DNA of 64,000 nucleotides, taken from contig OZ243972.1 in the NCBI GenBank assembly GCA_965214705.1, positions 768,001 to 832,000 of the forward strand, read 5' to 3'. The DNA comes from Alphaproteobacteria bacterium. Its GTDB lineage: Bacteria; Pseudomonadota; Alphaproteobacteria; UBA828. This document shows positions 29,421-39,578 of this stretch, in pieces. The stretch's first letter is position 1. Each line of letters opens with the position of its first letter. Position numbers and translations under genes: made by a program. The notes under the pieces were generated by a model. That model was not told the DNA's origin and did no database searches. It saw nothing but the letters and a program-made list of their open reading frames with translations.

Positions 29421-30430
29421 CGGACCGGAGCCAGACTCCGCAAGAGGCTGCCGCCCCCTGCCATGACGATCCGCCCGGCGAGGTCAGCGTCATCATGGTC
29501 TCATACAGGACCGGGCCCGTGCTCGCGCCTGCCGTCGACGCGGTGCTTGCGCCCGATCAAGAGGGCGTTGGCGAACTGATCCTCGTCGACAATGGCAACC
29601 CGCCAACGGTGACGGCGACGCTCGCCAGCCGGACGGACGCGGACCCGCGGCTGCGCATTGTCAGCGGTCATGGCAACGTGGGCTACGCGCGCGGCTGCAA
29701 CCTCGGCGCGCGAGAGGCGCGGGGACGCCACCTGCTGCTACTGAACCCGGACTGCTGCCTCAGGCCCGGCGCGGTTCCGGCGCTGCTGACGGAAGCTGCC
29801 GCGCTCGGCGACGAATGGATGCTGGGCTGGCGTGTGCGCAATCCCGACGGCACCGACCAGCGCGGGTCGCGGCGGGCGTTGCTCACCCCGCTCACCGCGC
29901 TTGTCGAGGCGTTCCGGCTCGACAGGCTCTCTCCCACGCTGTTTCAGCAACATCGGCTTAGCCAACACGAGACCGCGCTTCCCGAGGTTACGGCCCGCGT
30001 GCCTGCCATCAGCGGCGCCTGCATGATGCTGCCGGCCACCACCTATCGCGCCGCCGGCGGCCTGGACGAGGGCTACTTTCTGCACGTCGAAGATCTCGAC
30101 CTCTGCCTGCGCCTGCACCGGGCCGGGATCCCCATCTACTTCGCACCCCACGTGGAGGCGGTTCATCACGCGAGCACCAGCCGCACGCACCCGCTTCTGA
30201 TCGAGTGGTACAAGACCCGCGGCTTTCTCCGCTACTTCGGGCTGCACTACGGCAGGCTTCATTGGCTGCCCGTTCTGGTGCCGTTGGCGGCAGCGACCCT
30301 CGGCCGTTTGGGCCTCCGGGCCATGCTGACGTTTTCCGTCCTGCCGGGCAGCGCGCTGAAAGTCGTCGTCCGCCTCGCTTATTCCACCAAGCGCCCTGGA
30401 TGGAGGCTTGACGGGCCGCGGTCGTGGTAA
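29417..30430 (+). CDS. GT2 glycosyltransferase (rhamnosyltransferase-like)
   Basis: VSVIMVSY, LVDNG, NVGYARGCNLG, LLLNPD, ISGACM, DEGYFLHVEDLD; ATGA coupling with rmlA. Confidence 0.88.
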   Translation: MTDRSQTPQEAAAPCHDDPPGEVSVIMVSYRTGPVLAPAVDAVLAPDQEGVGELILVDNGNPPTVTATLASRTDADPRLRIVSGHGNVGYARGCNLGAREARGRHLLLLNPDCCLRPGAVPALLTEAAALGDEWMLGWRVRNPDGTDQRGSRRALLTPLTALVEAFRLDRLSPTLFQQHRLSQHETALPEVTARVPAISGACMMLPATTYRAAGGLDEGYFLHVEDLDLCLRLHRAGIPIYFAPHVEAVHHASTSRTHPLLIEWYKTRGFLRYFGLHYGRLHWLPVLVPLAAATLGRLGLRAMLTFSVLPGSALKVVVRLAYSTKRPGWRLDGPRSW

Positions 30431-30488
30431 GAACTCCCGGCTAGAGGATCGACTGATCCATCGGTGCCTGGAAGCGCGGGGGAGTGCG

Positions 30489-31217
30489 ATGAACGACCGG
30501 ATCATCCTGATTACCAACGTGGAGCATTTCGTGGGCCGGCCGGTCGCCGCCGAGCTCGTCGCCCAGGGGGCGACAGTGGTCTGCCACGACAGGAGCTTCG
30601 CGGATTCCGCCGCAGCACGCGAATTCGAAGCAGGCAATCCCGCTCTTAGCGTCGTCCGGCCGCAATCGCCGGCGGAGATCGTCGCGGCCGCAACGGAGGC
30701 CTGCGGGCGAATTGACGTTGTCGTCTGCAACGACGCCGGCGCTGCGATCCGCGCGCCCATCGAGCAGGCGCGTCCGGGGGACTTGCGATCCGCGCTCGAG
30801 GAGATGGTGGTCTTTCCCTTCGAGATGGCGAGTGCCGTCGTGCCGCAGATGAAGGCCCGCAAGCGGGGCAAGATCCTGTTCATCACCTCAGCGACGCCGC
30901 TCAGGGGGCTGCCAAACTACTCGATGTACGTGACCGCGCGCGGTGCCACCAACGCGCTCACCGTGTCACTCGCGCAGGAGCTCGGTCGGGACAACATTCA
31001 GGTCAACGCGATCGCGCCCAACTACGTCGAGAGCCCGACCTATTTCCCGCCCGAGCTGGTCGAGGATCCCGAAACCCTGGCCAAAATGACCCGAAACATC
31101 CCCCTGAAGCGCCTCGGAAAGCCCGAGGAGGTCGCTGCTCTGGTGGCCTTCTATGCCTCGGACAAGAGCGATTTCATCACCGGCCACGTCATGCCGTTCG
31201 CCGGCGGCTGGGCTTGA
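30489..31217 (+). CDS. Halohydrin dehalogenase (SDR fold)
   Basis: Both HHDH diagnostic motifs are present: T-x4-F-x-G (TNVEHFVG) and S-x12-Y-x3-R (SATPLRGLPNYSMYVTAR); also PNYVESPTYFP. Confidence 0.85.
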   Translation: MNDRIILITNVEHFVGRPVAAELVAQGATVVCHDRSFADSAAAREFEAGNPALSVVRPQSPAEIVAAATEACGRIDVVVCNDAGAAIRAPIEQARPGDLRSALEEMVVFPFEMASAVVPQMKARKRGKILFITSATPLRGLPNYSMYVTARGATNALTVSLAQELGRDNIQVNAIAPNYVESPTYFPPELVEDPETLAKMTRNIPLKRLGKPEEVAALVAFYASDKSDFITGHVMPFAGGWA

Positions 31218-31431
31218 GGACACCGCGAGCTGCAGCGTCGAGGACGCTTTGACTGCCTCGGCCCATGCTATGTTGAAGACGCACCGGGCGAGGAGGAGGC
31301 GCGTTCCGAGATTCGCGATCCCCCTAACGCCTCGTTGGCCGCCGTCGTTGGATGCAGCCCAGGAGCCGGCACAATCCAACGTCTGCGGCGGGCCACCGAA
31401 CGGGCGCAAGCCACGAGCGAGGGCATGCACC

Positions 31432-32658
31432 ATGAGCGACTACACCGTGAAGACGTTGCCCGATGTCGCGCTGACCGATCACTTGCGCTCGGTTCTCGAC
31501 CGGCTCGACGCATCGACCGCCGACATCGAAACCTGCATCACACTGCCGAGAGAGGTCTACACCTCGGAGGCCTGGTTCGAATTCGAAAAGCGCGCCGTGT
31601 GGGATCCCGAGTGGGTGTGCCTGGGCCACATCGGACAAATCCCGGAGGTTGGCGATTACTTCTCAATCACCATCAACGACGACCCCTTGCTGGTGTTGCG
31701 GGACGAGACGGGCGAGGTCCGCGTCATGACGGCGGTGTGCCAGCACCGCGGCCACATCCTCGGCGAGCACGCCGGAAACGCGAAGGTATTCACCTGTCCC
31801 CATCACGGCTGGTCCTACGATCTCAGCGGCGCTCTGATCAGTGCACCAATGATGGACGCGCACGCCTCGCTGGATGAGCTGCGCCGGACCAGCTGCCTGC
31901 CGACGCTGCGCTCGGACATCTGGAACGGCTTCGTCTTCATCAACATGGACGGCAATGCGCCGCCGCTGAATTCCCGCCTCAGGCGGCTGACGGAGGAGAT
32001 CGCCAACCACCATCTTGGCGATATGGGAGCGACACCGACGTGCGACTTCTCCGGCTACCCGTGGAACTGGAAATCCATGCAGGAGAATGCCGTCGAGCCG
32101 CATCACACGTGGTTCGTGCACAAGGGGCCACACGACTTCGCGCCGTCTCGGCTGGCCACGTTTGTCGAATGGGACGACGACGATGACGGGGCGGTCTATC
32201 ACCCCACGGGATTTCTTTATAAAGACGGCGGCTTCACCGCCGGGTTTCAATCTCTGTTTCCGATCATCGAAACGCTGACCGACAACGAGCGTCAGCGGGT
32301 GATGTTCGCGAGCATAATGCCCAATCTCTTCATCGGCACGGTGCCCGACGGCTGCCTCTACTACATGATCCTGCCTGACGGGGCTAACAGCCTGACCCTG
32401 CGGGTGGGATACCTGTTTCCGCATTCGACCCTGGCCTTGGACAACTTCGACCTGACCTTCAAGGCCGTCGTCGACGGCATCGTCATCTATAACGACCAGG
32501 ATACTGAGGCCAACACCGCCGTTCACAAGGGCTTGCGGTCGCGTTTCGCCAATCGCGGACGCTATGCGCCGTTGGAAGGGACTCTGCCGCAGATAAACCG
32601 CTGGCTGGTCAAGCGCTACAAGTCATACGCGGCGCAACTGGACGCGGGATCGGCCTGA
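31432..32658 (+). CDS. Rieske non-heme iron oxygenase alpha subunit
   Basis: CQHRG...CPHHGW Rieske motif; NWKSMQENAVEPHHTWFVH iron-binding region; QD. Confidence 0.9.
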   Translation: MSDYTVKTLPDVALTDHLRSVLDRLDASTADIETCITLPREVYTSEAWFEFEKRAVWDPEWVCLGHIGQIPEVGDYFSITINDDPLLVLRDETGEVRVMTAVCQHRGHILGEHAGNAKVFTCPHHGWSYDLSGALISAPMMDAHASLDELRRTSCLPTLRSDIWNGFVFINMDGNAPPLNSRLRRLTEEIANHHLGDMGATPTCDFSGYPWNWKSMQENAVEPHHTWFVHKGPHDFAPSRLATFVEWDDDDDGAVYHPTGFLYKDGGFTAGFQSLFPIIETLTDNERQRVMFASIMPNLFIGTVPDGCLYYMILPDGANSLTLRVGYLFPHSTLALDNFDLTFKAVVDGIVIYNDQDTEANTAVHKGLRSRFANRGRYAPLEGTLPQINRWLVKRYKSYAAQLDAGSA

Positions 32659-32667
32659 CGCTGTCCC

Positions 32668-33324
32668 CTACGCCCCTATTTCCTTGGCGCGGTTTTCCAG
32701 TGCCGCGATGGCGTCGGCGGCGGTCACGGCCCCGCCGGCGTTGGTCAGCGCCCGCATGAGCGTGAGCGCCGCGTCATGGCCCTGCGCACTGGTGCCGGCC
32801 ACGCAGTCCTCCAGCACGTACACCCTGTAATCGCGCTGATAGGCGTCGCCCGTCGTCCACAGCACGCAGACATCACTGCAGACGCCGGCGATCAGGAGCG
32901 TGTCGACACCCAGGCGACGCAGGTTCATGTCGAGCTCGGTGCCGAGGAAGATGCTGAAGCGCCGCTTGAGAACACGGATGTCACCGGGCTCGGGCGCCAG
33001 CTCATCGACGATCTCGAAGCCCTTCGTGCCTTCGATACAGGGCGGTGCCGGCGGCTCTCCGGGCGCCGCGCGGGGGTGCTTGCCGGTAACCCAGCCGCTC
33101 CGCCCATCCCAGAGGAGGCGCCCGCCGTCGAGCCCGTCGGCGCGGTGCGCTTCCTGGCTGAACACGATCGGCACCCGCGCCTTGCGGGCCGCAGCGATTA
33201 CCCGGCCGATCCGGGTCACCATGCGCTCCGCCCCGATCGCGTAGGAGCCAACATCGTCGTCGAGGAAGTCGTTCTGCATATCGACCACGGCGAGCGCTGG
33301 TTGTCCGATCTCCAGTCCGTCCAT
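32668..33324 (-). CDS. Isochorismatase-family cysteine hydrolase
   Basis: VVDMQNDF, KRRFS, AGVCSDVCV (D-K-C triad). Confidence 0.88.
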   Translation of the reverse strand: MDGLEIGQPALAVVDMQNDFLDDDVGSYAIGAERMVTRIGRVIAAARKARVPIVFSQEAHRADGLDGGRLLWDGRSGWVTGKHPRAAPGEPPAPPCIEGTKGFEIVDELAPEPGDIRVLKRRFSIFLGTELDMNLRRLGVDTLLIAGVCSDVCVLWTTGDAYQRDYRVYVLEDCVAGTSAQGHDAALTLMRALTNAGGAVTAADAIAALENRAKEIGA

Positions 33325-33568
33325 CCGTGCGTCCTCCGATCCTTTCAGCCCTGTTGGTCGGGCGGGGCAGCGCTTGTCTATTGTAGCGCATAAGTAATTT
33401 GCGCCTTTGTTGCGGCCCACCGCAGCGGCCGGTAGAGTGCCGTTCCAGCCGCAAGACGCGACCAAAAGCAATTGAGATAACGTCCGTCACTTATTGGAGG
33501 CGGATGTTCGCAAACAAACACTCTTGCGGAATTGAGGTTCGGCTTTCGCGACGATGGGAGGCGGAGCA

Positions 33569-34918
33569 ATGGCCATTGGCAACTCTGTCAAGGAGACCGA
33601 GCGCTATCTCGACGCGATCGAGCGCTTCAATCCGGAAATCAATGCGGTCCTCACCAAGACCCCGGAGATGGCTCTCGAAATGGCTCACAAGGCCGACAAG
33701 GCTGCCGATGAAGGCGAGTGGCTCGGGCTTCTGCACGGCGTGCCGATGCTGATTAAAGACTGCCTCAACGTCGCTGGCACCCGGACCACGTTCGGCTCGG
33801 GAATGTATCGGGAGAACATCGCCAACTCGGATTCCGAAGTCGTCCGGCGGATCAGGAATTCGGGACCGGTGTTTCTCGGCAAGACCAATCTGCCCGAGTT
33901 CTGCTACGGCGCGACGACCCACAACGTTCATTACGGCAACTGCCTGAATCCCTGGGATACGACGCGGATACCCGGCGGCTCGAGCGGAGGCACCGCGGCG
34001 GCACTGGCGTCGGGCATGTGCCGCATTGCGTTCGGATCCGACACCGGCGGCTCGGTCCGGGGGCCGTCTGCCCTCTGCGGCATCTCGGGCATTCGTCCGA
34101 CCGTCGGCCGCATCCCCAACACCAACGCTCTGGCGCTCACGATCCACGCCGACACGATCGGCATGATGGCGCGGACGGTGCCGGACGTCGCGCGAGGCTT
34201 TGCCACGATCGCCGGTCACGACCCCGAAGACTCACTGAGCGAAGACGTGCCCCTCGAAAACTTTTTGCCGACGCTGCGGGACGGCATCGAGAATACCAGG
34301 GTCGGGATTCCCACCTCCTTCTACTTCGAGAATTGCCAACCGGACGTCGTTGCGCGCGTCATGGAGGCCTCGAAAGTCATCGAAGCCTGCGGAGCCACGC
34401 TGGTGGATATCGACATCGAGGGCGCCGAAGAGGCGCGGGTCGCTGCGGGCCCCACCATACTGGCGATCGACATGGCGGACATGCACCGCGACGGCCTGAA
34501 GAATTACCCGGAGGAATACGGCGACGAGGTCTTGAGGCGCCTACGCGCCGGCGAGCCGTTCAAGGGAACCGATTATGCGAACGCGTTGAGAATTCTGATC
34601 CGGTGGAAGCATCAGTTCAAACGCATCTTCCAAGAGGTCGACATGCTGCTGACGCCGACGACACCGATCGTTGCGCCGAAGTGGACGGACGCGGAGGACC
34701 TGCAGAAATCGACCCACTCAATTCTGCGCAACTGTTTTGGCTTCAGTTACGCGGGCGTGCCCTGCCTTAGCGTTCCCGCCGGTCTCGATTCCCAAGGCAT
34801 GCCGGTCGGCATGCAGCTAACGGCGAAATGGTTTCAGGAGCCGCTGCTGTTCCGCGCGGGCGTCGCTTACCAGGAGCGCACCGGGTTTCACAAATTGAGG
34901 CCGAAGCTTTCGGCCTAG
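33569..34918 (+). CDS. Amidase-signature family amidase
   Basis: IKD, GKTNLPEF, PGGSSGG, GSDTGGSVR. Confidence 0.92.
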   Translation: MAIGNSVKETERYLDAIERFNPEINAVLTKTPEMALEMAHKADKAADEGEWLGLLHGVPMLIKDCLNVAGTRTTFGSGMYRENIANSDSEVVRRIRNSGPVFLGKTNLPEFCYGATTHNVHYGNCLNPWDTTRIPGGSSGGTAAALASGMCRIAFGSDTGGSVRGPSALCGISGIRPTVGRIPNTNALALTIHADTIGMMARTVPDVARGFATIAGHDPEDSLSEDVPLENFLPTLRDGIENTRVGIPTSFYFENCQPDVVARVMEASKVIEACGATLVDIDIEGAEEARVAAGPTILAIDMADMHRDGLKNYPEEYGDEVLRRLRAGEPFKGTDYANALRILIRWKHQFKRIFQEVDMLLTPTTPIVAPKWTDAEDLQKSTHSILRNCFGFSYAGVPCLSVPAGLDSQGMPVGMQLTAKWFQEPLLFRAGVAYQERTGFHKLRPKLSA

Positions 34919-34945
34919 AGCTCGTCCGTCGCAGACGAACGCGGG

Positions 34946-35860
34946 CTAAAGCCCGCTTTCCCCACCGACCGTGTTGTTGGATCCGAACGGCACGCGCCTG
35001 CGAAAGTCCGCAGCCATCTCCGCGTGAGTGACCATCCTGGCACCCTGATGTCTCAGAATATGGTCGGCGAGGCGTTCCAGCGCCAACATGACGTGGGGCT
35101 TCGACGCGGCGTCGGGATGCATCCCTAGTGGGTACACGGCGTAGTCGTGATTGCGGTAAATCCAGTCGAAGAAGTCGATCCAGATTTGGCCGATCTGTTG
35201 ACCCGTGACCCAACCGTGGCTGTTGGGCGCGGTCTTCACGAACATTGTCGGCGGTGCATCGTCCAGGTGCCAGCTGAGGGGAATTTCGACGATGTCGACT
35301 TCCTTCCCCGGCACCCACGGCTTCATCCAGTCCGCGGCATCTCTCGTATAGTCGATCTTCGTCCAGCTATCACCGGTCCTCAGGTAGTACGGAAAGCAGT
35401 CTTCCTCCATCATGCTGTACTCGTGCGAAAAGCCGCGCTCGAGCAGCAAATCCACGGTGATGGAGGAGAATTCGGCCCACGGTGTCGCATAACCCCGTGG
35501 CCTTTCGCCGGTCAACGCCTGGCAAAGCTCGATACTCTTGTCGAGCACATCCCTCTCCTGTTGGGCGCTCATCGCGATCGGGTTCTCGTGTGAATAGCCG
35601 TGGACGCCGATCTCGTGGCCGTCCTTCGCGATCATCTCTGCCGCTTTGGGGAAGCTCTCCATCGAGTGCCCGGTAATGTGCCATGTCGTCGTGATGTTGT
35701 AGCGCCGGAAGAATTCCAGCAGGCGGGGGACTCCACGCTTCGCCGCGAAGACGCCGCGCGAAATATCGCAGGGTGAATCGGCGCCGCCAAACGAGCCGAG
35801 CCAGAGGGACACGGCGTCGAAGTGCGGATTGAAGCAAACCTGGATGTCCTTTTCTGCCAT
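34946..35860 (-). CDS. Polysaccharide deacetylase (CE4, HP0310/PuuE-like), copy 2
   Basis: WLGSFGGADSPCDISRG, HEIGVHGYSHE, SWHLDD, MHPD. Confidence 0.85.
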   Translation of the reverse strand: MAEKDIQVCFNPHFDAVSLWLGSFGGADSPCDISRGVFAAKRGVPRLLEFFRRYNITTTWHITGHSMESFPKAAEMIAKDGHEIGVHGYSHENPIAMSAQQERDVLDKSIELCQALTGERPRGYATPWAEFSSITVDLLLERGFSHEYSMMEEDCFPYYLRTGDSWTKIDYTRDAADWMKPWVPGKEVDIVEIPLSWHLDDAPPTMFVKTAPNSHGWVTGQQIGQIWIDFFDWIYRNHDYAVYPLGMHPDAASKPHVMLALERLADHILRHQGARMVTHAEMAADFRRRVPFGSNNTVGGESGL

Positions 35861-35942
35861 TTTGCTGTCCTCCCGAAGCACTCCGCGGATTGAAACGGCC
35901 GGCCAGCGCCGCGCGGATCACGATTCTGGTGAGGGCTCCGCG

Positions 35943-36857
35943 CTACAGCCCGGCTTCTCCGCCGACCGTGTTGCTTGATCCGAACGGCACGCGCTTGCGA
36001 AAGTCCGCCGCCATCTCCGCGTGGGTGACCATCCTGACGCCCTGATGTCTCAGGATGTGGTCGACCAGCCGCTCCATCGCCAACATGACGTGAGGCTTGG
36101 CCGCGGCGTCGGGATGGAGCGCCAAAGGATAAATCGCGTAGTCGTGGTTGCGGTAAATCCAGTCGAAGTAATCGAGCCAGATCTGGCCGATCTCTTGACC
36201 CGTGATCCAGCCGTGGCTGTTGGGCGCGGTCTTCACGAACATCGTCGGCGGCGCATCGTCCAGATGCCAGCTGAGGGGAATCTCGACGATGTCGACTTCC
36301 TTCCCCGGCACCCAAGGCTTCATCCAGTCGGCAGCATCTCTCGTATAGTCGATCTTGGTCCAGCTATCTCCGGTCCGCAGGTAATACGGAAAACAGTCCT
36401 CCTCCATCATGCTGAACTCGTGCGAAAAGCCGCACTCCAGCAGCAGGTCCACGGTGATGGGGGTGAATTCCGCCCACGGTGTCGCATAGCCCCTTGGCCT
36501 TTCGCCGGTCAGCGCCTGGCAAAGCGCGATGCTCTTTTCGAGAACGTCCCTCTCCTGCTGGGGGCTCATGGCGAGCGGGTTTTCGTGGGAGTAGCCGTGC
36601 ACGCCGATCTCGTGGCCGTCCTTCGCGATCATCTCGGCCGCTTTCGGAAAGCTCTCGATTGAGTGCCCGGTAATGTGCCAAGTCGTTGTGATGCCGTAGC
36701 GCCGGAAGAAATCCAGCAGACGGGGGACACCGCGCTTCGCCGCAAAGACGCCGCGCGAAATGTCGCAGGGCGAATCAGCGCCGCCGAACGAGCCGAGCCA
36801 AAGGGACACCGCATCGAAGTGGGGGTTGAAGCAAACCTGGATGTCTTTTTCTGCCAT
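35943..36857 (-). CDS. Polysaccharide deacetylase (CE4, HP0310/PuuE-like), copy 1
   Basis: Same motifs and the same 304-aa length; about 25 substitutions versus copy 2 by manual count. Confidence 0.85.
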   Translation of the reverse strand: MAEKDIQVCFNPHFDAVSLWLGSFGGADSPCDISRGVFAAKRGVPRLLDFFRRYGITTTWHITGHSIESFPKAAEMIAKDGHEIGVHGYSHENPLAMSPQQERDVLEKSIALCQALTGERPRGYATPWAEFTPITVDLLLECGFSHEFSMMEEDCFPYYLRTGDSWTKIDYTRDAADWMKPWVPGKEVDIVEIPLSWHLDDAPPTMFVKTAPNSHGWITGQEIGQIWLDYFDWIYRNHDYAIYPLALHPDAAAKPHVMLAMERLVDHILRHQGVRMVTHAEMAADFRKRVPFGSSNTVGGEAGL

Positions 36858-36878
36858 CTTTCAGTTCTCCTTCGGCCA

Positions 36879-37922
36879 TCACTCGCCGGCCGCCGTCTGC
36901 CCGTCGTCGCCGGCGCGCCGGGTACGCCAGATGCGTCGGCGCACGTTGAGTCCGCCGGTTCTGCTCAACTGGGCGAGCGACACGGCAATGATGAGTGCGC
37001 CGCCGTAGAAAAAGCTCTGCACAAACGTGGGCAGTCCGAGGATGGCGAGCCCCGTAATGCCGGTGACGAGGAAGTACACGGAGAGAAACGCGCCCCACGG
37101 ATTGAACTGACCCGGCATGATCGTGGTGGAGCCGAGAAAGGCCGCAGCAAAGGCCGGCAGCAGCATCGTGAGCGCAGACGTGGGGTCGACGCCCCCGGCC
37201 GCACCCGCATACATGATGCCGGCAACGGCGGCCAACACGCTGCAGGACACGAACGACAGCGTCCGAACCCGCCCGACCGCAATGCCATTGAGCTTCGAGA
37301 CTTCTCTCGATTTACCCACAAACAAATGCTGACGCCCAATGGGCGTAAATTCGAAGACGAGCCAGACAACCAAGCAAATTCCGACCGCAATGTAGAAGCT
37401 GAACGGAAGACCACCGATGTCGCGATTTGTTATCAGGACCACCAGCCAGTCGGACAAGCCGGTATAGGAGTTCGAATTACTGATCCACAAGACAATGCCG
37501 GCCAATATGGTCCCCATGCCCAGCGTCATGATGAAACTGTCGATGCCGACGAGGATGCAGAAGAAAGCGTTGACCAGTCCCACCGTGATTGCCATGCCAA
37601 TGGCAATCCCGATCGCCGGCCCGATATCCATGCCGTACCTGATGTTAAGAACACCGACGATATTGCTCGACAGAGTCATCACGGCGGCCACCGACAGGTC
37701 GTAGTCGCCGCCCCTGAGTGTGACCACCGTCGCGATGGTGAGCACAACAATCGGTGCCGCAGACGCCAGAATCGAGGTCATCGTTCTCGGAACGAGGAAC
37801 GCGTTGGGAGCCATCGCACCGAAAAATATGATGATCGCTATGAAGCACAGCGGCACGGAGAGCCGCCGCAGGAGTTGGCCGTAATCGAGGCGCGTCAGCT
37901 CCACGGTCGCACCACTGCACAC
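36879..37922 (-). CDS. Sugar-type (RbsC-like) ABC permease
   Basis: GDYDLSV, SFIMTLG, TPIGR, AAAFLG; multiple transmembrane segments. Confidence 0.88.
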   Translation of the reverse strand: MCSGATVELTRLDYGQLLRRLSVPLCFIAIIIFFGAMAPNAFLVPRTMTSILASAAPIVVLTIATVVTLRGGDYDLSVAAVMTLSSNIVGVLNIRYGMDIGPAIGIAIGMAITVGLVNAFFCILVGIDSFIMTLGMGTILAGIVLWISNSNSYTGLSDWLVVLITNRDIGGLPFSFYIAVGICLVVWLVFEFTPIGRQHLFVGKSREVSKLNGIAVGRVRTLSFVSCSVLAAVAGIMYAGAAGGVDPTSALTMLLPAFAAAFLGSTTIMPGQFNPWGAFLSVYFLVTGITGLAILGLPTFVQSFFYGGALIIAVSLAQLSRTGGLNVRRRIWRTRRAGDDGQTAAGE

Positions 37923-37944
37923 AGGGTGGCTTGGCCTGCCACGC

Positions 37945-39537
37945 TCAAACCCTCGCTTCGACCGGCCGGTTCATCGAGGCCAGGCGCGAGCCCCATTCAT
38001 AGCAGGCCTCGCCGATGGAGCGTTTGTTGACCTCCGCACCGCTCAGTTCCACCCGTATGAAGCCTCCACCGAAGACCAGAACCCGGTCGCAAATTTCGGC
38101 CAACTGTTCCCAGTCAGAGCTCGCAATGAGGACGGTGCCGCCTGCCCTCGCAAACTGGTCGAGCAATTCCAGAATGTCCTCGTGGGCCGCGATGTCGACC
38201 GCTTGCGTCGGCTCGTCGAGCAGAAGCACGCGCTTGCCCGCCGCGAGCCACTTTGCGACCAGCACCTTCTGGCGGTTGCCGCCGCTCAGCGTCTTGAGCA
38301 AGGCGTTCATGGCCGGCGTGATGATGCCGTACCGAGCAACCGTATCCCGCGCAGCCGCCCCGAGCTTCGGCCGCGAGACCCACGGATTGAGGCCTGCGCG
38401 CGGCTTGAGAAGCTGGACCGTGAGATTGTCCGTTACCGAGAGCTCGAGCGCTACGCCGGCCTTGTCCCGCTCGAGGGGCACCAGGCCCACCCCCATCCTG
38501 ACCGCGTTCTCGGGACTATGGCGCTTGAGATTGGCACTTTCGCCTTCGACCCTGATCTCGCCGGATGCGTTCTCCTTGAGCCCGAAGAGCGCTTGATTGA
38601 CATCGGCATAGCCGGAGCCGACGAGCCCGGCGAAGCCCACGATTTCGCCCGCCCTCGCCTCGAACGAAACGCCATCGAGCCCGGACGCGCTCAGATCGGT
38701 CGCGCTCAGGCGAGGCTCGCCGGCCGAACGTGCTTCTCTCGGTCCGGCCTTGTCGAGACTATGCCCCACGATCATTCGTACGATCTCGGAGGGCTCCGTC
38801 GACGCCGTCTCGACCCTTCCGGCCACTTCGCCGTCGCGCAGGACCGTCGCGACGGTGGTGACTTCCATGATCTCGTCCAGGTCGTGGGAGACAAGCATCA
38901 ACGCATGGCCGGTCTCGGCAAGCGAGGCGAAGGTGCGGTAGAGATCGCGCTTCTCGTCCAGGCTCATGGCCGCAGTCGGCTCATCGAGAATGAGCACGCG
39001 GCGGCCATCGGAATTGGCCCGCCGGCCACCGGAGTCGGATCCGGATACCTCCCTGACGGCCCTCGCAATTGCGACCAACGCACGGTCTCCCAAACTGAGG
39101 GTCGAGACCGGATCTTCCGGTCGTCTGTCGATCGAATAGCGCTCCAGGACTTCTCTGGTCGCGCGGGCCATCTGCTTCCGCGACTGCTTCCGCCTCCCCG
39201 AAGCGATCTCAGAGACGAAGAGATTCTCCAGAATCGAAATTTCGGGGATGAGGGCCTTGTCCTGATGAACGAAGCTCAGGCCAAGGCCGCGCGCTTCCCC
39301 CGGCTTGAGGGGGAAGGAGAGCGGCGAACCCCACAGCGTTGCGGCCGCACCGGAGTCCGGCTCGTGGTAGCCCGAGAGTATCTTGATGAGAGTGGACTTG
39401 CCCGACCCGTTCGCGCCGAGCAAGCCGTGAATTTGGCCAGGGATGAGGTCTAAACCAACGTCCTTCAGAACCGTGTTGTTTCCAAAGGTCTTGGATAGAC
39501 TCTCAATCCCCAGCGCGACTTCAGAAGCCGACGTCAC
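37945..39537 (-). CDS. Sugar-type ABC ATP-binding protein (two ATPase domains)
   Basis: GANGSGKST, ILDEPT, LSGGNRQK, LLDEPT. Confidence 0.9.
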   Translation of the reverse strand: MTSASEVALGIESLSKTFGNNTVLKDVGLDLIPGQIHGLLGANGSGKSTLIKILSGYHEPDSGAAATLWGSPLSFPLKPGEARGLGLSFVHQDKALIPEISILENLFVSEIASGRRKQSRKQMARATREVLERYSIDRRPEDPVSTLSLGDRALVAIARAVREVSGSDSGGRRANSDGRRVLILDEPTAAMSLDEKRDLYRTFASLAETGHALMLVSHDLDEIMEVTTVATVLRDGEVAGRVETASTEPSEIVRMIVGHSLDKAGPREARSAGEPRLSATDLSASGLDGVSFEARAGEIVGFAGLVGSGYADVNQALFGLKENASGEIRVEGESANLKRHSPENAVRMGVGLVPLERDKAGVALELSVTDNLTVQLLKPRAGLNPWVSRPKLGAAARDTVARYGIITPAMNALLKTLSGGNRQKVLVAKWLAAGKRVLLLDEPTQAVDIAAHEDILELLDQFARAGGTVLIASSDWEQLAEICDRVLVFGGGFIRVELSGAEVNKRSIGEACYEWGSRLASMNRPVEARV

Positions 39538-39578
39538 GACCGATGTTCGCGGTCGAGCGTCCCACTAAAACCCGAGGC

